From NCBI GenBank assembly GCA_963675295.2, contig CAXXKJ010000002.1, positions 2,112,001 through 2,176,000 of the forward strand: a stretch of 64,000 nt of DNA. The letters run 5' to 3'. The stretch is from a bacterium. GTDB taxonomy: Bacteria > Electryoneota > Electryoneia > Electryoneales > Electryoneaceae. Below are positions 1 to 12,319 of the stretch, in pieces. The position numbers and the translations under genes were made by a program. The stretch's first letter is position 1, and each line of letters begins with the position of its first letter. The notes under the pieces are model-generated. The model had not been told where the DNA came from and did no database searches. It was given only the letters and a program-made list of their open reading frames with translations.

Positions 1-1870
1 GCACATCACCGTCACGCTGCGTGATCCCCTGTTTGTCGAACCATTCGAGCAACGGTACGCCGACCTTGCGGGACGTGCCCACGGCGGCGTTGAATTCGGT
101 CAGCCGAAATTCTTCGGGTAGTTCAATCAGCTTCAGGAAAGCCATATCAACGGATTTTCTGGCGAGCACCAACTTGTCCTCGAGGATGACCACTCTGTCG
201 ATGTTTTTGAGCGCCTTCAACAGCGCCCGCACACGGTTTTCCGCTAAGCCGAGATCTTCGGCGATCTTGGACGGCACCGGCGGATTCATCCCTGCATCGA
301 CCAGCAGCGAGAGAATCCGGTCAGCGTCCGCCTGGTCCGGCTTGGCGATGGCTGGGACATGCCCCGGCAACAGTACGTATCCACTCTCCCGGATCAGTTT
401 GTGGGAATCAACTAGTTCATGCAGCACATTGTCAGCAATCTCATAGGGTACGCCAGGACCAAAGACCTCCATGCCTAATACAGGTTCCGGCATTCCCGGA
501 TCGTTTGGGGTGGAGTGATGATACGCCGCTACGTGCTCCGGGATGGCATCCCGCCAACGGTTGTACACCGAAACGGGTAGCAGTGTCTCGATGGATTCAA
601 CCAGAAGCAGCGACTCTTCAGCGACGAGCTCCTGAATTGCGTGATCCAACTCCGCCCGCGACACCGGCAACATCGCCAGCAACGCCGGGATCGTCATCAG
701 CTTTCGCGTCTCGACCAGCGTACTGAGGACGACGTTGAGGTCCTGGTGCAACGCGCTCAGCCGTTCGGCGAGTTTCGGTGCCGACCGTTTGCGGTTCACC
801 GGGGCCGGGTCGAGAACACGCACTCCGCCCAGCGTGTCGGTAGGGGAGTAAAAGCGCAGCACGCCGAGGTCGCCGTGCATCGCGACCACCGGTTCTTCGA
901 GCGCGAGGCGTACATCGGCGCGTTCGTCCGGCTGCAACAAGTCCCGGTCGATGAGCAGCAGCCGTCCAAGCACTTCCGCGGTGCCGAGGTGCAGCCGGAT
1001 ACGCGCGCGCTGCTTCAGCGGACGGGCGTCCGGAGCCATCGTCACCGCGACGTCAAGGAAGTCGGTGACCACTCCGCGTCCGGCGTTGACCAGCATCTGC
1101 CCGCGTTCGGGGTCAGCGTCGGTGGTCAGGTTCAGCGCGGCACGATCTCCGGCGAACACCGTGTCCACCGGCTGTTCGTGCGCCTGCAGGCCGCGCACCT
1201 TGACCTCCTGATCGCCGGGCAAAAGGCGCAGTTTGTCGCCCGCCTTCGCGGACCCGTTCCAGACGGTTCCGGTGACCACGCGTCCATGCCCCTTGATCAC
1301 GAAGGAACGGTCAATCGGCAACCGGAAGAAGTCCTCTTCGCCCGGGGGCGGCGTCTCGGCGATCAGCTTGTCGAGCTCAGCCCGAAAGTCGTCGATCCCG
1401 CGTCCGCTCAGGCTGTCCACCGCCAGTACCGGCGATCCGGCGAGTGCAGTGCCTTCCAGCAGTTCGCGTGCTTCCTCGACGACGAGATCGAGCCAGTCCC
1501 CCTCGACCAAGTCGGCCTTGCTGATGGCGACGATTCCGCGCTTGACGCCGAGCGCGTCCAGCACCGTCAGGTGTTCCCGGGTTTGCGGCATGACCCCGTC
1601 ATCCGCCGCGATCACCAACAGCGCCGCGCTCATTGCGGATGCCCCCGCGATCATCGTTTTCACCAGCTTCTCATGGCCGGGGACGTCGACAAACGCCGCG
1701 CTGTCGCCGTAAAATGCGAAGCCGAGTTCGATAGTGATCCCGCGCCGTTTTTCCTCGGCCAGTTTGTCGAGGTCACGCCCGGTCAGCGCCTTGATCAGGG
1801 AGGTCTTGCCGTGGTCGATGTGTCCGGCAGTGCCGATGACGACATGCCGTCTGCGTTCGTTCTCGCTCAT
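1..1870 (-). CDS. selB: Selenocysteine-specific translation elongation factor SelB (3' end just beyond window edge)
   Basis: Manual minus-strand translation from ATG at 1870: [54 protein letters not shown] (GTPase domain); near window start [24 protein letters not shown] (SECIS-binding winged helix 4). Absent from ORF track because there is no stop in the window. Confidence 0.96.
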   Translation of the reverse strand, partial: MSENERRRHVVIGTAGHIDHGKTSLIKALTGRDLDKLAEEKRRGITIELGFAFYGDSAAFVDVPGHEKLVKTMIAGASAMSAALLVIAADDGVMPQTREHLTVLDALGVKRGIVAISKADLVEGDWLDLVVEEARELLEGTALAGSPVLAVDSLSGRGIDDFRAELDKLIAETPPPGEEDFFRLPIDRSFVIKGHGRVVTGTVWNGSAKAGDKLRLLPGDQEVKVRGLQAHEQPVDTVFAGDRAALNLTTDADPERGQMLVNAGRGVVTDFLDVAVTMAPDARPLKQRARIRLHLGTAEVLGRLLLIDRDLLQPDERADVRLALEEPVVAMHGDLGVLRFYSPTDTLGGVRVLDPAPVNRKRSAPKLAERLSALHQDLNVVLSTLVETRKLMTIPALLAMLPVSRAELDHAIQELVAEESLLLVESIETLLPVSVYNRWRDAIPEHVAAYHHSTPNDPGMPEPVLGMEVFGPGVPYEIADNVLHELVDSHKLIRESGYVLLPGHVPAIAKPDQADADRILSLLVDAGMNPPVPSKIAEDLGLAENRVRALLKALKNIDRVVILEDKLVLARKSVDMAFLKLIELPEEFRLTEFNAAVGTSRKVGVPLLEWFDKQGITQRDGDV

Positions 1871-1976
1871 GCAATGGAAAGTAGGATCTGGCCTCCGGGA
1901 GGGAAAGGGACGGTGGCGATTCCGGAGCGGTTTCGGGATTCGTAAGCTCTCAGACTCACCGAGGGGAGATACAATC

Positions 1977-2477
1977 ATGGATGGATTGACCATCATCGAC
2001 GCGGAAGAGCAGCACCTTGACGCCGTTGTCGAGTTGTGGAATGAGCTGATGCAGTTTCACGCCGACCGGGACGTACGCTTCACCACGCGCAAGGGTGCGC
2101 ATGTCCTTTTCCGGGAGCATGTGAAGCAGTACATCGAGCGCGACGACGGCAAACTATGGCTGGCGTTTGTGGAGGATCAGCCCGCCGCGTTTGTCTCCGC
2201 CCGCTTCTCAACCACGCCGCCGGTGTTCGTTGGGCAGGAATCGGTCATTCTCGAGGATATGGTGGTGCTGGAAGCGTTTCGCCGCATGGGCCTGGGCCGC
2301 GAGTTGACGCAACGGGTGATCGACTGGGCGCAGGCGGAGGGCCGGGATAACGTGCAGCTGCAGGTCGCCGAGTGCAATCCGGAGGGGCAAAAGTTCTGGA
2401 ATGAAATGGGCTTCCGCGACATCACACGCGTCATGCGATACGAACTCGGTATCCACAAGGGATGGGACGAGAAATGA
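1977..2477 (+). CDS. GNAT family N-acetyltransferase
   Basis: [17 protein letters not shown] acetyl-CoA motif [14 protein letters not shown]; ATG at 1977 after GGGGAG. Confidence 0.85.
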   Translation: MDGLTIIDAEEQHLDAVVELWNELMQFHADRDVRFTTRKGAHVLFREHVKQYIERDDGKLWLAFVEDQPAAFVSARFSTTPPVFVGQESVILEDMVVLEAFRRMGLGRELTQRVIDWAQAEGRDNVQLQVAECNPEGQKFWNEMGFRDITRVMRYELGIHKGWDEK

Positions 2478-2995
2478 AGAAGCTGCTTGTTGAAATCAAG
2501 GCGCGCTGCGCGGACCATGAACCGATCCGTGCTGAGTTGAACGAGCTCAACGCCCGCCGTGTTGGGCTCGATCACCAGGTCGACACGTACTTCCGCGTGC
2601 CGGAGAACCGGCTCAAGCTGCGTGAAGGCACGATCGAGAAAAACCTGATCTATTATCATCGTCCAAACCAGGCAGGGCCGAAACGCAGCGAGGTCATCCT
2701 GCACAAACCAGCCGAGACCGACTCACTCAAGGCAATTCTCGAGCGTGTTCACGGTATCCTCGTCATCGTCGACAAGCAACGCGAGATCTGGTTCGTGGAC
2801 AATGTCAAAATCCACCTCGACGAGGTGGATGGACTGGGGCGGTTCGTCGAAATAGAGGCTATCGGCGCGCCTGATACGCACACAGAGGACCAGCTCCGCG
2901 ATCAGTGTGAAGCTCTGATGCAGCGATTCCAGATCCGCGAGGACGATCTACTCACCTCATCCTACAGCGATATGCTGCTGGAAAAAGATGCCTGA
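2474..2995 (+). CDS. cyaB: CYTH domain protein (class IV adenylate cyclase-like)
   Basis: N-terminal [39 protein letters not shown]. Confidence 0.85.
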   Translation: MKKLLVEIKARCADHEPIRAELNELNARRVGLDHQVDTYFRVPENRLKLREGTIEKNLIYYHRPNQAGPKRSEVILHKPAETDSLKAILERVHGILVIVDKQREIWFVDNVKIHLDEVDGLGRFVEIEAIGAPDTHTEDQLRDQCEALMQRFQIREDDLLTSSYSDMLLEKDA

Positions 2996-3003
2996 ACGGC
3001 AGG

Positions 3004-3402
3004 CTACTCAGTGAGTTCCCGGGGTGCGTCCTGCTCCCGCGTCGAGTCCTTCACCGTCGGCCGTCCCAAATTACGATACTCTTCCAACTTGAACAGGAAG
3101 GCGTCAGCAGTGTCATCACCGATCGAGCGGCGCATCTCCTCGACCATCGTCCGCACTTCTGTTTCCTGTTCGGTAAGCCGCTGGACATAATCCGCGCCGA
3201 GCTTATTCTGAGCGTCTTCGGCGCTGATTTCGTTGTTACGCAGCTGGCTCATGGTGTCGGACAGTTCCATCACCATCGACCGGTACTTCTCCAGCGCGAG
3301 CTGGATTTGTTCCTCGGGCGTGTGTTCAGCGCATCCGGAAATGAAAACGAGCGAGAACAGAGCAACGACGATGAGCACATCAAAGCGGGGCAGCTTGATC
3401 AT
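3004..3402 (-). CDS. Hypothetical lipoprotein (helical)
   Basis: MIKLPRFDVLIVVALFSLVFISGC lipobox; GAGG upstream of ATG at 3402. Confidence 0.65.
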   Translation of the reverse strand: MIKLPRFDVLIVVALFSLVFISGCAEHTPEEQIQLALEKYRSMVMELSDTMSQLRNNEISAEDAQNKLGADYVQRLTEQETEVRTMVEEMRRSIGDDTADAFLFKLEEYRNLGRPTVKDSTREQDAPRELTE

Positions 3403-3530
3403 GGGGGGGACCTCGTAGCTGGTTTTACCGCTTGCAGGATTGGCACAATGAGGGTACTTTCCCATTCATGCCAAAATGACAGTTCCTCCTCAGGTCGAAC
3501 ATCCGAGTATAAGTCATTTTTGAGGGAAAA

Positions 3531-5542
<2,012 letters not shown>

Positions 5543-5549
<7 letters not shown>

Positions 5550-5631
5550 GGTATGAGGTGTGAGGTGTGAGGTGTGAGGTATGAGTGAAACACAAGGCAC
5601 CAAGCACAAAACACAAAGCACAGAAAAACAA
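5543..5631 (+). repeat. Heptamer tandem arrays (GGTRTGA)x6 followed by degenerate (AACACAA)-like units
   Basis: Read directly; the first unit contains the uvrB TGA stop. Confidence 0.9.
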
Positions 5632-5677
5632 GATATTATAGTTAATTGTTATCGTATCAAATTTTTGAAACATAGAG

Positions 5678-6049
5678 ATGGAGGGTACGGTGAGGGATCA
5701 TAGATCATTGAAGGCGTATCAACTAGCTGATAAACTATGTTTAGTGATATACAGAGAAACAAAGACCTTTCCGAAAGATGAGATATTCGGACTTCGATCT
5801 CAAATCCGACGCGCAGCTGTATCAGTAGTCTCAAATATCACTGAAGGCTGTGGACGCAATACAGATGCAGATTTCCTGCGCTTTCTTGATATGGCGTTCG
5901 GGTCAATTCGCGAGTTGGAATATCAGGTATCGCTCGGGAAACGTTTGACGTATTTCAACATGGATCGTATTGAAGAGGTAGAACTCATTCTTGAAGAAAC
6001 AATTCGTGTACTACGCGGATTGATCGATTCGTTTAGAAACAAGTTGTGA
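5678..6049 (+). CDS. Four-helix-bundle protein (23S rRNA intervening-sequence protein family)
   Basis: L.AYQ.A..L...IY..TK.FPKDE.FGLRSQIRRAAVSVVSNITEGCGR....DFLRFL..AFGS..ELEYQ; visibly AT-rich relative to flanks. Confidence 0.93.
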   Translation: MEGTVRDHRSLKAYQLADKLCLVIYRETKTFPKDEIFGLRSQIRRAAVSVVSNITEGCGRNTDADFLRFLDMAFGSIRELEYQVSLGKRLTYFNMDRIEEVELILEETIRVLRGLIDSFRNKL

Positions 6050-6072
6050 TACCGGGTGTTTGAGGGTTTTAC

Positions 6073-6100
6073 TCACACCTCACACCTCATACCTCACACC
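6073..6100 (+). repeat. Heptamer array (TCAYACC)x4, reverse complement of the array at 5543-5584
   Basis: tcacacc tcacacc tcatacc tcacacc. Confidence 0.9.
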
Positions 6101-6112
6101 TGAGAGGTCTTG

Positions 6113-7399
6113 ATGAAAATCCTCATCATCGGCAGCGGCGGCCGTGAACACGCCCTCGCCTGGAAGATTCGCAAGAGCCCGCACGTGACGTGGGTCGGTT
6201 GCGCGCCGGGCAACGGCGGCACAACCGCCGTCGCAGAGAACGTGCAGCTCGACACGTCCAACCCGGACGCTGTCGTCAAGTACGTCATCGACAACGAGAT
6301 CGGCCTCACGGTCATCGGACCGGAAGCGCCGTTGGCGGACGGAATCGTGGACGCGTTCCCCAACGACGGCCAGCACTTTGTCTTCGGCCCCAGCGCGGGC
6401 GCGGCGAAGCTGGAAGCGTCCAAGCGCTGGGCGAAAGAGGTGATGGCGTCCGCCGGTGTCCCGACCGCACGCTGGCGTGGCTTTACCGATGCCGACGAGG
6501 CGATCCGCTACCTCAAGCAACGCAACGAGCCGGTGGTGGTCAAGGCGTCCGGCCTCGCGGCGGGGAAGGGTGTCTACGTCTGCAACAGCGCCGAGGCTGC
6601 GGTGGAAGCGGTCAAGGCGATCATGGTCGACCGTACGTACGGCGATTCAGGCGCGGAGATCATCGTCGAGGAACGCCTTGTCGGCACCGAGGCCAGCCTG
6701 ATCGCGGTGTGTGACGGCACCGATCATTTGGTGCTGGTCCCGTCGCGTGACCACAAGCGTGTTGGCGAGGGCGACACAGGCCCGAACACCGGCGGCATGG
6801 GCGCGATTGCGCCGAATCCGGCTCTCGATGCCGAGACAGTCAAGCTGTGCAGCGAAACCATCATCGCGCCGATCCTGCGGGAGTTGAAGGCGGACGGCAC
6901 CCCGTACAAGGGCGTGTTGTACGCCGGCATCATGTTGACCGAGGACGGTCCGAAAGTGCTCGAATACAACGTGCGCTTCGGCGATCCGGAGACGCAGGTC
7001 GTGCTGCCGTTGCTCAAGGTGGATCTCGTTGACCTGATGCTGCTTTCGGTCGGGGAGAAGCTCGGCCAGTTCATGCAGCAGTTCAACTTGCACAGTGAAG
7101 ACTGGCAGAGTGTCACCGAAACGAAGCATTGCGCGACGGTGGTTTTGGCGTCGCAGGGGTATCCGGGCGCATACGACAAGGGCAAGGCGATCAGCGGTCT
7201 GCCGAAAGAGCAGGACGATCTCGTCGTGTTCCACGCCGGCACAATAGCGGGGGACGGGGGCGTTGTCACCAGTGGCGGACGGGTGCTGAATGTGACCGCG
7301 CTGGGTGAGTCACTCGAGGACGCGCTCGGCAAGGCGTACGCCGCCGCCGATCAGATCCAGTTCGACGGCAAGATGCTCCGTCGCGACATCGGGAAGTGA
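6113..7399 (+). CDS. purD: Phosphoribosylamine-glycine ligase
   Basis: IIGSGGREHALAW, VVVKASGLAAGKGV, DHKRVGEGDTGPNTGGMG, EYNVRFGDPETQ. Confidence 0.98.
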   Translation: MKILIIGSGGREHALAWKIRKSPHVTWVGCAPGNGGTTAVAENVQLDTSNPDAVVKYVIDNEIGLTVIGPEAPLADGIVDAFPNDGQHFVFGPSAGAAKLEASKRWAKEVMASAGVPTARWRGFTDADEAIRYLKQRNEPVVVKASGLAAGKGVYVCNSAEAAVEAVKAIMVDRTYGDSGAEIIVEERLVGTEASLIAVCDGTDHLVLVPSRDHKRVGEGDTGPNTGGMGAIAPNPALDAETVKLCSETIIAPILRELKADGTPYKGVLYAGIMLTEDGPKVLEYNVRFGDPETQVVLPLLKVDLVDLMLLSVGEKLGQFMQQFNLHSEDWQSVTETKHCATVVLASQGYPGAYDKGKAISGLPKEQDDLVVFHAGTIAGDGGVVTSGGRVLNVTALGESLEDALGKAYAAADQIQFDGKMLRRDIGK

Positions 7400-7439
7400 T
7401 GCTGTAACCCGAGAGACGAAAGACGCGAGACGAGAGACG

Positions 7440-8159
7440 ATGAGAATCCGCTTCCTCGGCACCGGCGCGGGCAATCCGCACCCCAGTCGCATGACCAGTT
7501 CGACCCTGATTGAGGGCCCGGACGGCGCGTTGTTGCTGGATGCCGGAGAGGGGTGTTCGCAGCGTCTGGTCGAACCGGACATCTGGTCACAAGAGGTGCG
7601 ATCGGTTGTGATCACGCACCGTCACGTCGACCACCTGTCCGGCCTGCCGATGTTGCTCAGCGGGTACAAGGGCGCGCAGCGACGGACGCCGTTGGAGATC
7701 CATGTGCACCCGGATCTGATGGAACCACTGCGGCGTTGGATCGATACTCTCAAGCAGGGTGATCAGCACCAGCCGTTCGAGCTGAGCTGGGTACCGTTAC
7801 ACGAGGGTGCATTTAACCCCGCCAGCGGCCACGACGGTTTCATCTGGAAGAACGATCACCTCGCGCCGGACGATCTCGGCGGCTGTCACAGCCTGGCGTT
7901 GAACCTGGATGGCGACCGTTGGGTGTTCAGCGGCGACATTGGCAGCTTCGCGTCGATCGAGCCGTACCTCGACGACACAACCGGGCTGATCGTCGAGTCG
8001 CGCCATGTCGACCCGGAGGAAAGCGTGCAGCGGGCGCGCAAGCGTGGCGTCGAGCACGTCATCCTGACTCATGTCGCCCGTGATCTGACACCGTTCCCGA
8101 TTGAGGGCGCGCGCTGGGCGAACGACAATCTGGTGCTGGATACAAAAGACTATTCGTGA
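7440..8159 (+). CDS. MBL-fold metallo-hydrolase (RNase Z-like)
   Basis: MRIRFLGTG, LLDAGEG, THRHVDH motif, FSGD, LTH. Confidence 0.85.
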   Translation: MRIRFLGTGAGNPHPSRMTSSTLIEGPDGALLLDAGEGCSQRLVEPDIWSQEVRSVVITHRHVDHLSGLPMLLSGYKGAQRRTPLEIHVHPDLMEPLRRWIDTLKQGDQHQPFELSWVPLHEGAFNPASGHDGFIWKNDHLAPDDLGGCHSLALNLDGDRWVFSGDIGSFASIEPYLDDTTGLIVESRHVDPEESVQRARKRGVEHVILTHVARDLTPFPIEGARWANDNLVLDTKDYS

Positions 8160-8164
8160 GGATC

Positions 8165-8393
8165 GTGCCCGTGTCTAACTGCAAGTGCCCGTGTCTGCTT
8201 GCAGACGCGGACCCGGGAAGGTGACTGCAACTTGTGCCCGTGTCTAACTGCAAGTGCCCGTGTCTGCTTGCAGACGCGGACCCGGTAAGGTGACTGCAAC
8301 TTGAGCCCCGTGTCGCAGAAGATGCAGACGCGGACCAGGTAAGGTGACTGCAACTTGAGCCCCGTGTCGCAGAAGATGCAGACGCGGACCCGG
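8165..8393. repeat. Tandem repeat (69, 69, 54 bp plus a partial unit) carrying REP-like hairpins CCGTGTCTGC-TT-GCAGACGCGG
   Basis: Units start at 8165, 8234, 8303 and 8357; no unique spacers. Confidence 0.85.
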
Positions 8394-8430
8394 ATAGACG
8401 AAAACGTTGGAACGCTGAGGTGGAGACCCA

Positions 8431-9564
8431 ATGACTCAGCAGGAAGCCAATCTGGCGGTACGTGACCGGTTGATCGGCGCGAGCGATGCGATCGAGGAGA
8501 TCCGTATCCTCGCGCGCCGTGTCGCCGGGACAAAGATCTCGGTGCTCATCATGGGTGAGAGCGGGACCGGTAAGGATGTGGTCGCGCGGATGATCCATGA
8601 CCTGAGTCCACGCCGTGACGCGCCCTTCGTGCCGGTGAACTGTGGTGCGATCCCGGAGACATTGTTCGAGTCCGAAATGTTCGGGCATGAGCGTGGATCG
8701 TTTACCGGAGCGGAGAAACAGCGCAAGGGGTTCTTCGAACAGGCGGACGGTGGCACGCTTTTCCTCGATGAAATCGGCGAGATGCCGCTCGAGATGCAGG
8801 CGAAAATGCTGCGTGCGCTCGAGACGGGGACCTATTTCCGTGTCGGCGGCAGCAAGGCGGTGAAGACGGATGTCCGGCTGCTCGCCGCGACCAACCGTGA
8901 CCTGCGCCAGGCGGTGGAACGGGCCGCGTTCCGTGAGGATCTGTACTACCGGATTCGTGCGGTAGAGATGAATTTACCGCCGTTGCGTGAACGTCCGGAG
9001 GACATCCCGCCGCTGGTCGATCACTTCGCCGATGAGTTTTTCCGCGACAACAATATTCCGCGCCAACGTATCCTACCGCGCGCGATGCGGGCGATTGTCG
9101 ATCATGACTGGCAGGGCAATGTGCGCGAGCTGAAACATTTCGTCGGCACCTTGCTGACCCTCGAGTATGACGGTCCGATCGACGAGGACGCGGTCCATCG
9201 TCACCTGCCGCAGCCGGCGTTCTCGCCGCGCAACCTGCCGGTGCTCGCAGCTCCGGAGCGCGGGTCGTTGGATGCGGACCTCATCTTGCAGCAACTTCTC
9301 GACTTGCGCCGGGATGTGGGTCAGATTCGTGACATGCTCGCGCAACTGTTGTTATGGGGTCGCATTCCGGGCCAGTTGCCGGAGAGTGTCAGCTACCATC
9401 CAATTGACGAGGAAGCACCGAAACGGCCGACGTTGGATGAAATCGAACGCGAACAGATCCGTCTCGCGCTCGAGGAATACAATGGCAACCGCCGCAAGGC
9501 CGCGAAGTCGCTCGGGATTGGTGAACGCACGCTGTACCGCAAGATCAAGGAGTACGACCTGTGA
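8431..9564 (+). CDS. Sigma54-dependent transcriptional activator (AAA+ and Fis HTH, no N-terminal sensor domain)
   Basis: GESGTGKD, ESEMFGHERGSFTGA, LFLDEIGE, WQGNVREL, GNRRKAAKSLGIGERTLYRK. Confidence 0.95.
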   Translation: MTQQEANLAVRDRLIGASDAIEEIRILARRVAGTKISVLIMGESGTGKDVVARMIHDLSPRRDAPFVPVNCGAIPETLFESEMFGHERGSFTGAEKQRKGFFEQADGGTLFLDEIGEMPLEMQAKMLRALETGTYFRVGGSKAVKTDVRLLAATNRDLRQAVERAAFREDLYYRIRAVEMNLPPLRERPEDIPPLVDHFADEFFRDNNIPRQRILPRAMRAIVDHDWQGNVRELKHFVGTLLTLEYDGPIDEDAVHRHLPQPAFSPRNLPVLAAPERGSLDADLILQQLLDLRRDVGQIRDMLAQLLLWGRIPGQLPESVSYHPIDEEAPKRPTLDEIEREQIRLALEEYNGNRRKAAKSLGIGERTLYRKIKEYDL

Positions 9565-10067
9565 GGCAACTCGGGAAGTGGACGGGGGTTCTGGCCCTGA
9601 CTTTGCTGCTCCTGCAGGTGAGCGGTTGCGGCGTTTATTCCTTCAGTGGTGCCGCGCCGAGTCACATCAAGTCGATCGCGGTACCGCCGTTCGACAACCA
9701 GACCGCGGAGTTTGGCCTGGCGCAGGATCTGGCCGATGCATTGATTGAGGAATTCGTTGACGACAACACCTTCAAGGTGTACGATCTGCGTCAGTCGGAT
9801 TCGGTATTATACGGCACGATTGTCCGCGTCAATGACGCGCCCAACACCATTACCGCGAGTGAAGCCGTTGAGGAGTATAAGGTTACGATCACGGTTCGCG
9901 TACGGTATGAAGATCTCGTGAAAGGCAAGGTTGTATGGGAAGAGACAATCTCGGCCTTCGGCATCTTCCCCGCTGGCGGTGGGTTGGCCGAACGGGAGGC
10001 GGGGGTGGAGGAAGCTACGAAGAAGCTGACCGAAGACATTCTCAACAAGACGGTGTCGGGATGGTAA
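9561..10067 (+). CDS. lptE: LptE family LPS assembly lipoprotein
   Basis: Lipobox VSGC then GVYSFSG, IAVPPFDNQT, C-terminal EDILNKTVSGW typical of FCB LptE. Confidence 0.8.
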   Translation: MRQLGKWTGVLALTLLLLQVSGCGVYSFSGAAPSHIKSIAVPPFDNQTAEFGLAQDLADALIEEFVDDNTFKVYDLRQSDSVLYGTIVRVNDAPNTITASEAVEEYKVTITVRVRYEDLVKGKVVWEETISAFGIFPAGGGLAEREAGVEEATKKLTEDILNKTVSGW

Positions 10068-11167
10068 TCGCCCAGGTAAAAGCTGGTGAGGCCCCGCCGC
10101 AGGTGGTGATGGACATCGTACGGCGTCTCGAAGCGGGACAGGTCCTCCTGTTGCCGACCGACACGGTGTACGGTCTCCACGCCCTCGCGCGCAATGCCGC
10201 GGCGGTGGATCGCATTCGCAAGATCAAGGGACTGGATGATAATCGTCCGTTCGTCAATTTGTTCGCCAGCGCCGTCGGTTTGGGCAAATATGTCCGTCTG
10301 CCTGAGGGCAAGGCAAAGCGGATGATCCTTGATGGCTGGCCCGGCTCGATCACCTGGGTGTTGCCGGCGGCGGAGGGCATGCCGAAGCATCTCGTCGGCG
10401 ACGACAACACGCTCGGCATCCGAATCCCGGACAATCAGTTGATCCGTTCCGTCTGCGCCGCATTGGAAGACCTGATCGTCTCGACCTCGGCGAACCGGCA
10501 CGGCAACCCGCCTGCATCCACCCGCAACGAGCTCGACCCGGAGATCCTGGCAGAGGTGGATGGCTCGGTGATTCAGATGGGACCGCTGTCCGGCCAACCG
10601 AGCGAAGTCAAACGCTGGACCCCGGCCGGGCCGGTGATCCTGCGTTCGCGTGACGGCAACGGCAACAATCGCAACCTGACCAAAATCCTCGTCGTCTGCA
10701 GTGGCAACATCTGCCGCAGCCCGATGGCGGAAGGCATGTTGCGTGACCGGCTCAAGAAAGTGGCGGGGGACAGGTTCGTCGTCCGCAGCGCCGGCACCAT
10801 CGCGACCGAAGGCATGCCGGCGTCGATCGCCGCCGCGCAAGTGATGGAAACGCGTGACGTGGACATCCGTTCTCATCGCAGCCGTCCCGTGTCCCGTGAA
10901 CTGATCGACTGGGCGGATGTGGTGCTGGTGATGACCAGCGACCACCTCGCCGAGCTGCACGAACGCTACGCCGATTCGACCCAGAAGGTGTTCCTCTACT
11001 CGGCGTATCCGGGAATGGACCTCGAAGGCAAGTACGGCGTCGCGGACCCGTACGGTGGCGATGTCGAGGCGTACGAACGTGTCGCGCAGGCGATCGAGAA
11101 GGAAGCCGGCCGTATTGTCGACCACCTTGCGCAGCAGGGCACGCCGGACAAACCCGAGGGAGCGTAG
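10061..11167 (+). CDS. Fusion of TsaC/Sua5 (YrdC) domain and low-molecular-weight protein phosphatase
   Basis: PTDTVYGL, WPGSITWVL, STSANRHG (YrdC); CSGNICRSPMAE and DPYGG (LMW-PTP). Confidence 0.9.
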   Translation: MVIAQVKAGEAPPQVVMDIVRRLEAGQVLLLPTDTVYGLHALARNAAAVDRIRKIKGLDDNRPFVNLFASAVGLGKYVRLPEGKAKRMILDGWPGSITWVLPAAEGMPKHLVGDDNTLGIRIPDNQLIRSVCAALEDLIVSTSANRHGNPPASTRNELDPEILAEVDGSVIQMGPLSGQPSEVKRWTPAGPVILRSRDGNGNNRNLTKILVVCSGNICRSPMAEGMLRDRLKKVAGDRFVVRSAGTIATEGMPASIAAAQVMETRDVDIRSHRSRPVSRELIDWADVVLVMTSDHLAELHERYADSTQKVFLYSAYPGMDLEGKYGVADPYGGDVEAYERVAQAIEKEAGRIVDHLAQQGTPDKPEGA

Positions 11168-12220
11168 TTGGAAACGCACCAGCGGATCTTGATTCTGCAA
11201 ACCGCCTTTCTGGGGGACGTGATTCTCACGCTTCCCCTGGTCGAGGCGGTTCGCTCTCTCTGGCCGGACGCGCGGATCGACTTTCTCGTGCGCGCCTCGT
11301 ACGCCGGTTTTCTCGAGGGCCACAAGGATATCAACACCGCGATCCCGTTCGACAAGCGCAAGTCGCACAAGGGGCTGGGCGGCATGCTCAACCTCGCCCG
11401 CAAACTCAGCGCGGTGAACTATGACCTCGCGCTGATCCCGCACCGTTCCTTCCGCAGCGGCCTGATCGCGGCGATGTCCGGCATCCGCAAGCGTGTCGGA
11501 TTCAAGGGAGTTGCCGGATCGTTGTGGTACACCGATTCCGTGATACGCAAGCTGGAAGCGCACGAAGGCGAACGCAATCTCACATTGCTGGACGTTTTCG
11601 AAGGGGCACGTTCGCAGGACTGGGATGTGCGCCCGTGGCTCGACCTGGACGGCCATCCGGCCGCGAACGAGGCTGCGGAGTGGTTGGACGACGCCGAGCT
11701 GCCGCGCCAGAGACGGATCGTGGTGCTCGCGCCGGGCAGTGTCTGGGAGACGAAGCGCTGGCCGGAAGCGCACTGGACCGAGTTGGTCCAGCAGATCGAG
11801 ACCGATCCCGCGCTCGTTCCGGTGATGGTTGGCGGCCCGGAGGACCGGGACTTGTGCGTCCGCATCCGGGAGGCGTCCGGAGGGAACGTGTACAATGCGG
11901 CGGGGCAGTTGTCCGTGGCGGGCAGCGCGGCGTTGATCGCACGGGCGGATCTGTTGATCACAGGCGACACCGCGCCGTTGCACCTCGCGCAGGCGGTGCG
12001 CACGAAAACGCTCGCCATCTTCGGTCCGACGGTTCCGGACTTCGGTTTTGCTCCCACGGGCGCGGAAGACCGGATTATCGGACTGGATCTGCCGTGCCGG
12101 CCATGCGCGATTCACGGCAGCCGTGAGTGTCCGCTCGGGCACCATCATTGCATGCGCTGGCTCGACGCCGGCATGGTCTGGAAGACGGCGCAAACGATGC
12201 TCGCTGCCTCAACCACCTGA
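11168..12220 (+). CDS. waaF: LPS heptosyltransferase II (GT9)
   Basis: QTAFLGDVILTLP, APGSVWETKRWP, DTAPLHLAQA, IFGPT, CRPC. Confidence 0.85.
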   Translation: METHQRILILQTAFLGDVILTLPLVEAVRSLWPDARIDFLVRASYAGFLEGHKDINTAIPFDKRKSHKGLGGMLNLARKLSAVNYDLALIPHRSFRSGLIAAMSGIRKRVGFKGVAGSLWYTDSVIRKLEAHEGERNLTLLDVFEGARSQDWDVRPWLDLDGHPAANEAAEWLDDAELPRQRRIVVLAPGSVWETKRWPEAHWTELVQQIETDPALVPVMVGGPEDRDLCVRIREASGGNVYNAAGQLSVAGSAALIARADLLITGDTAPLHLAQAVRTKTLAIFGPTVPDFGFAPTGAEDRIIGLDLPCRPCAIHGSRECPLGHHHCMRWLDAGMVWKTAQTMLAASTT

Positions 12221-12319
12221 TCTCGCCTGGCACCGATCCCTCGTTGCCTCATTCCGCACAACCGCTTCGTGTTCCTATCTTCCACGTAGTTTGCTCGCAT
12301 CAGCAGCTGGGACGGACGT

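Noticed and set aside
641-1945. 434-aa plus-strand ORF
   Set aside because: Antisense shadow of selB; no recognisable motifs
5678-6049. Diversity-generating retroelement (Avd-like protein)
   Set aside because: No reverse transcriptase, and the duplicated CTD tails do not show adenine-restricted TR/VR differences
8165-8393. Possible CRISPR array
   Set aside because: Intervening sequences are themselves duplicated (no unique spacers) and no cas genes are present
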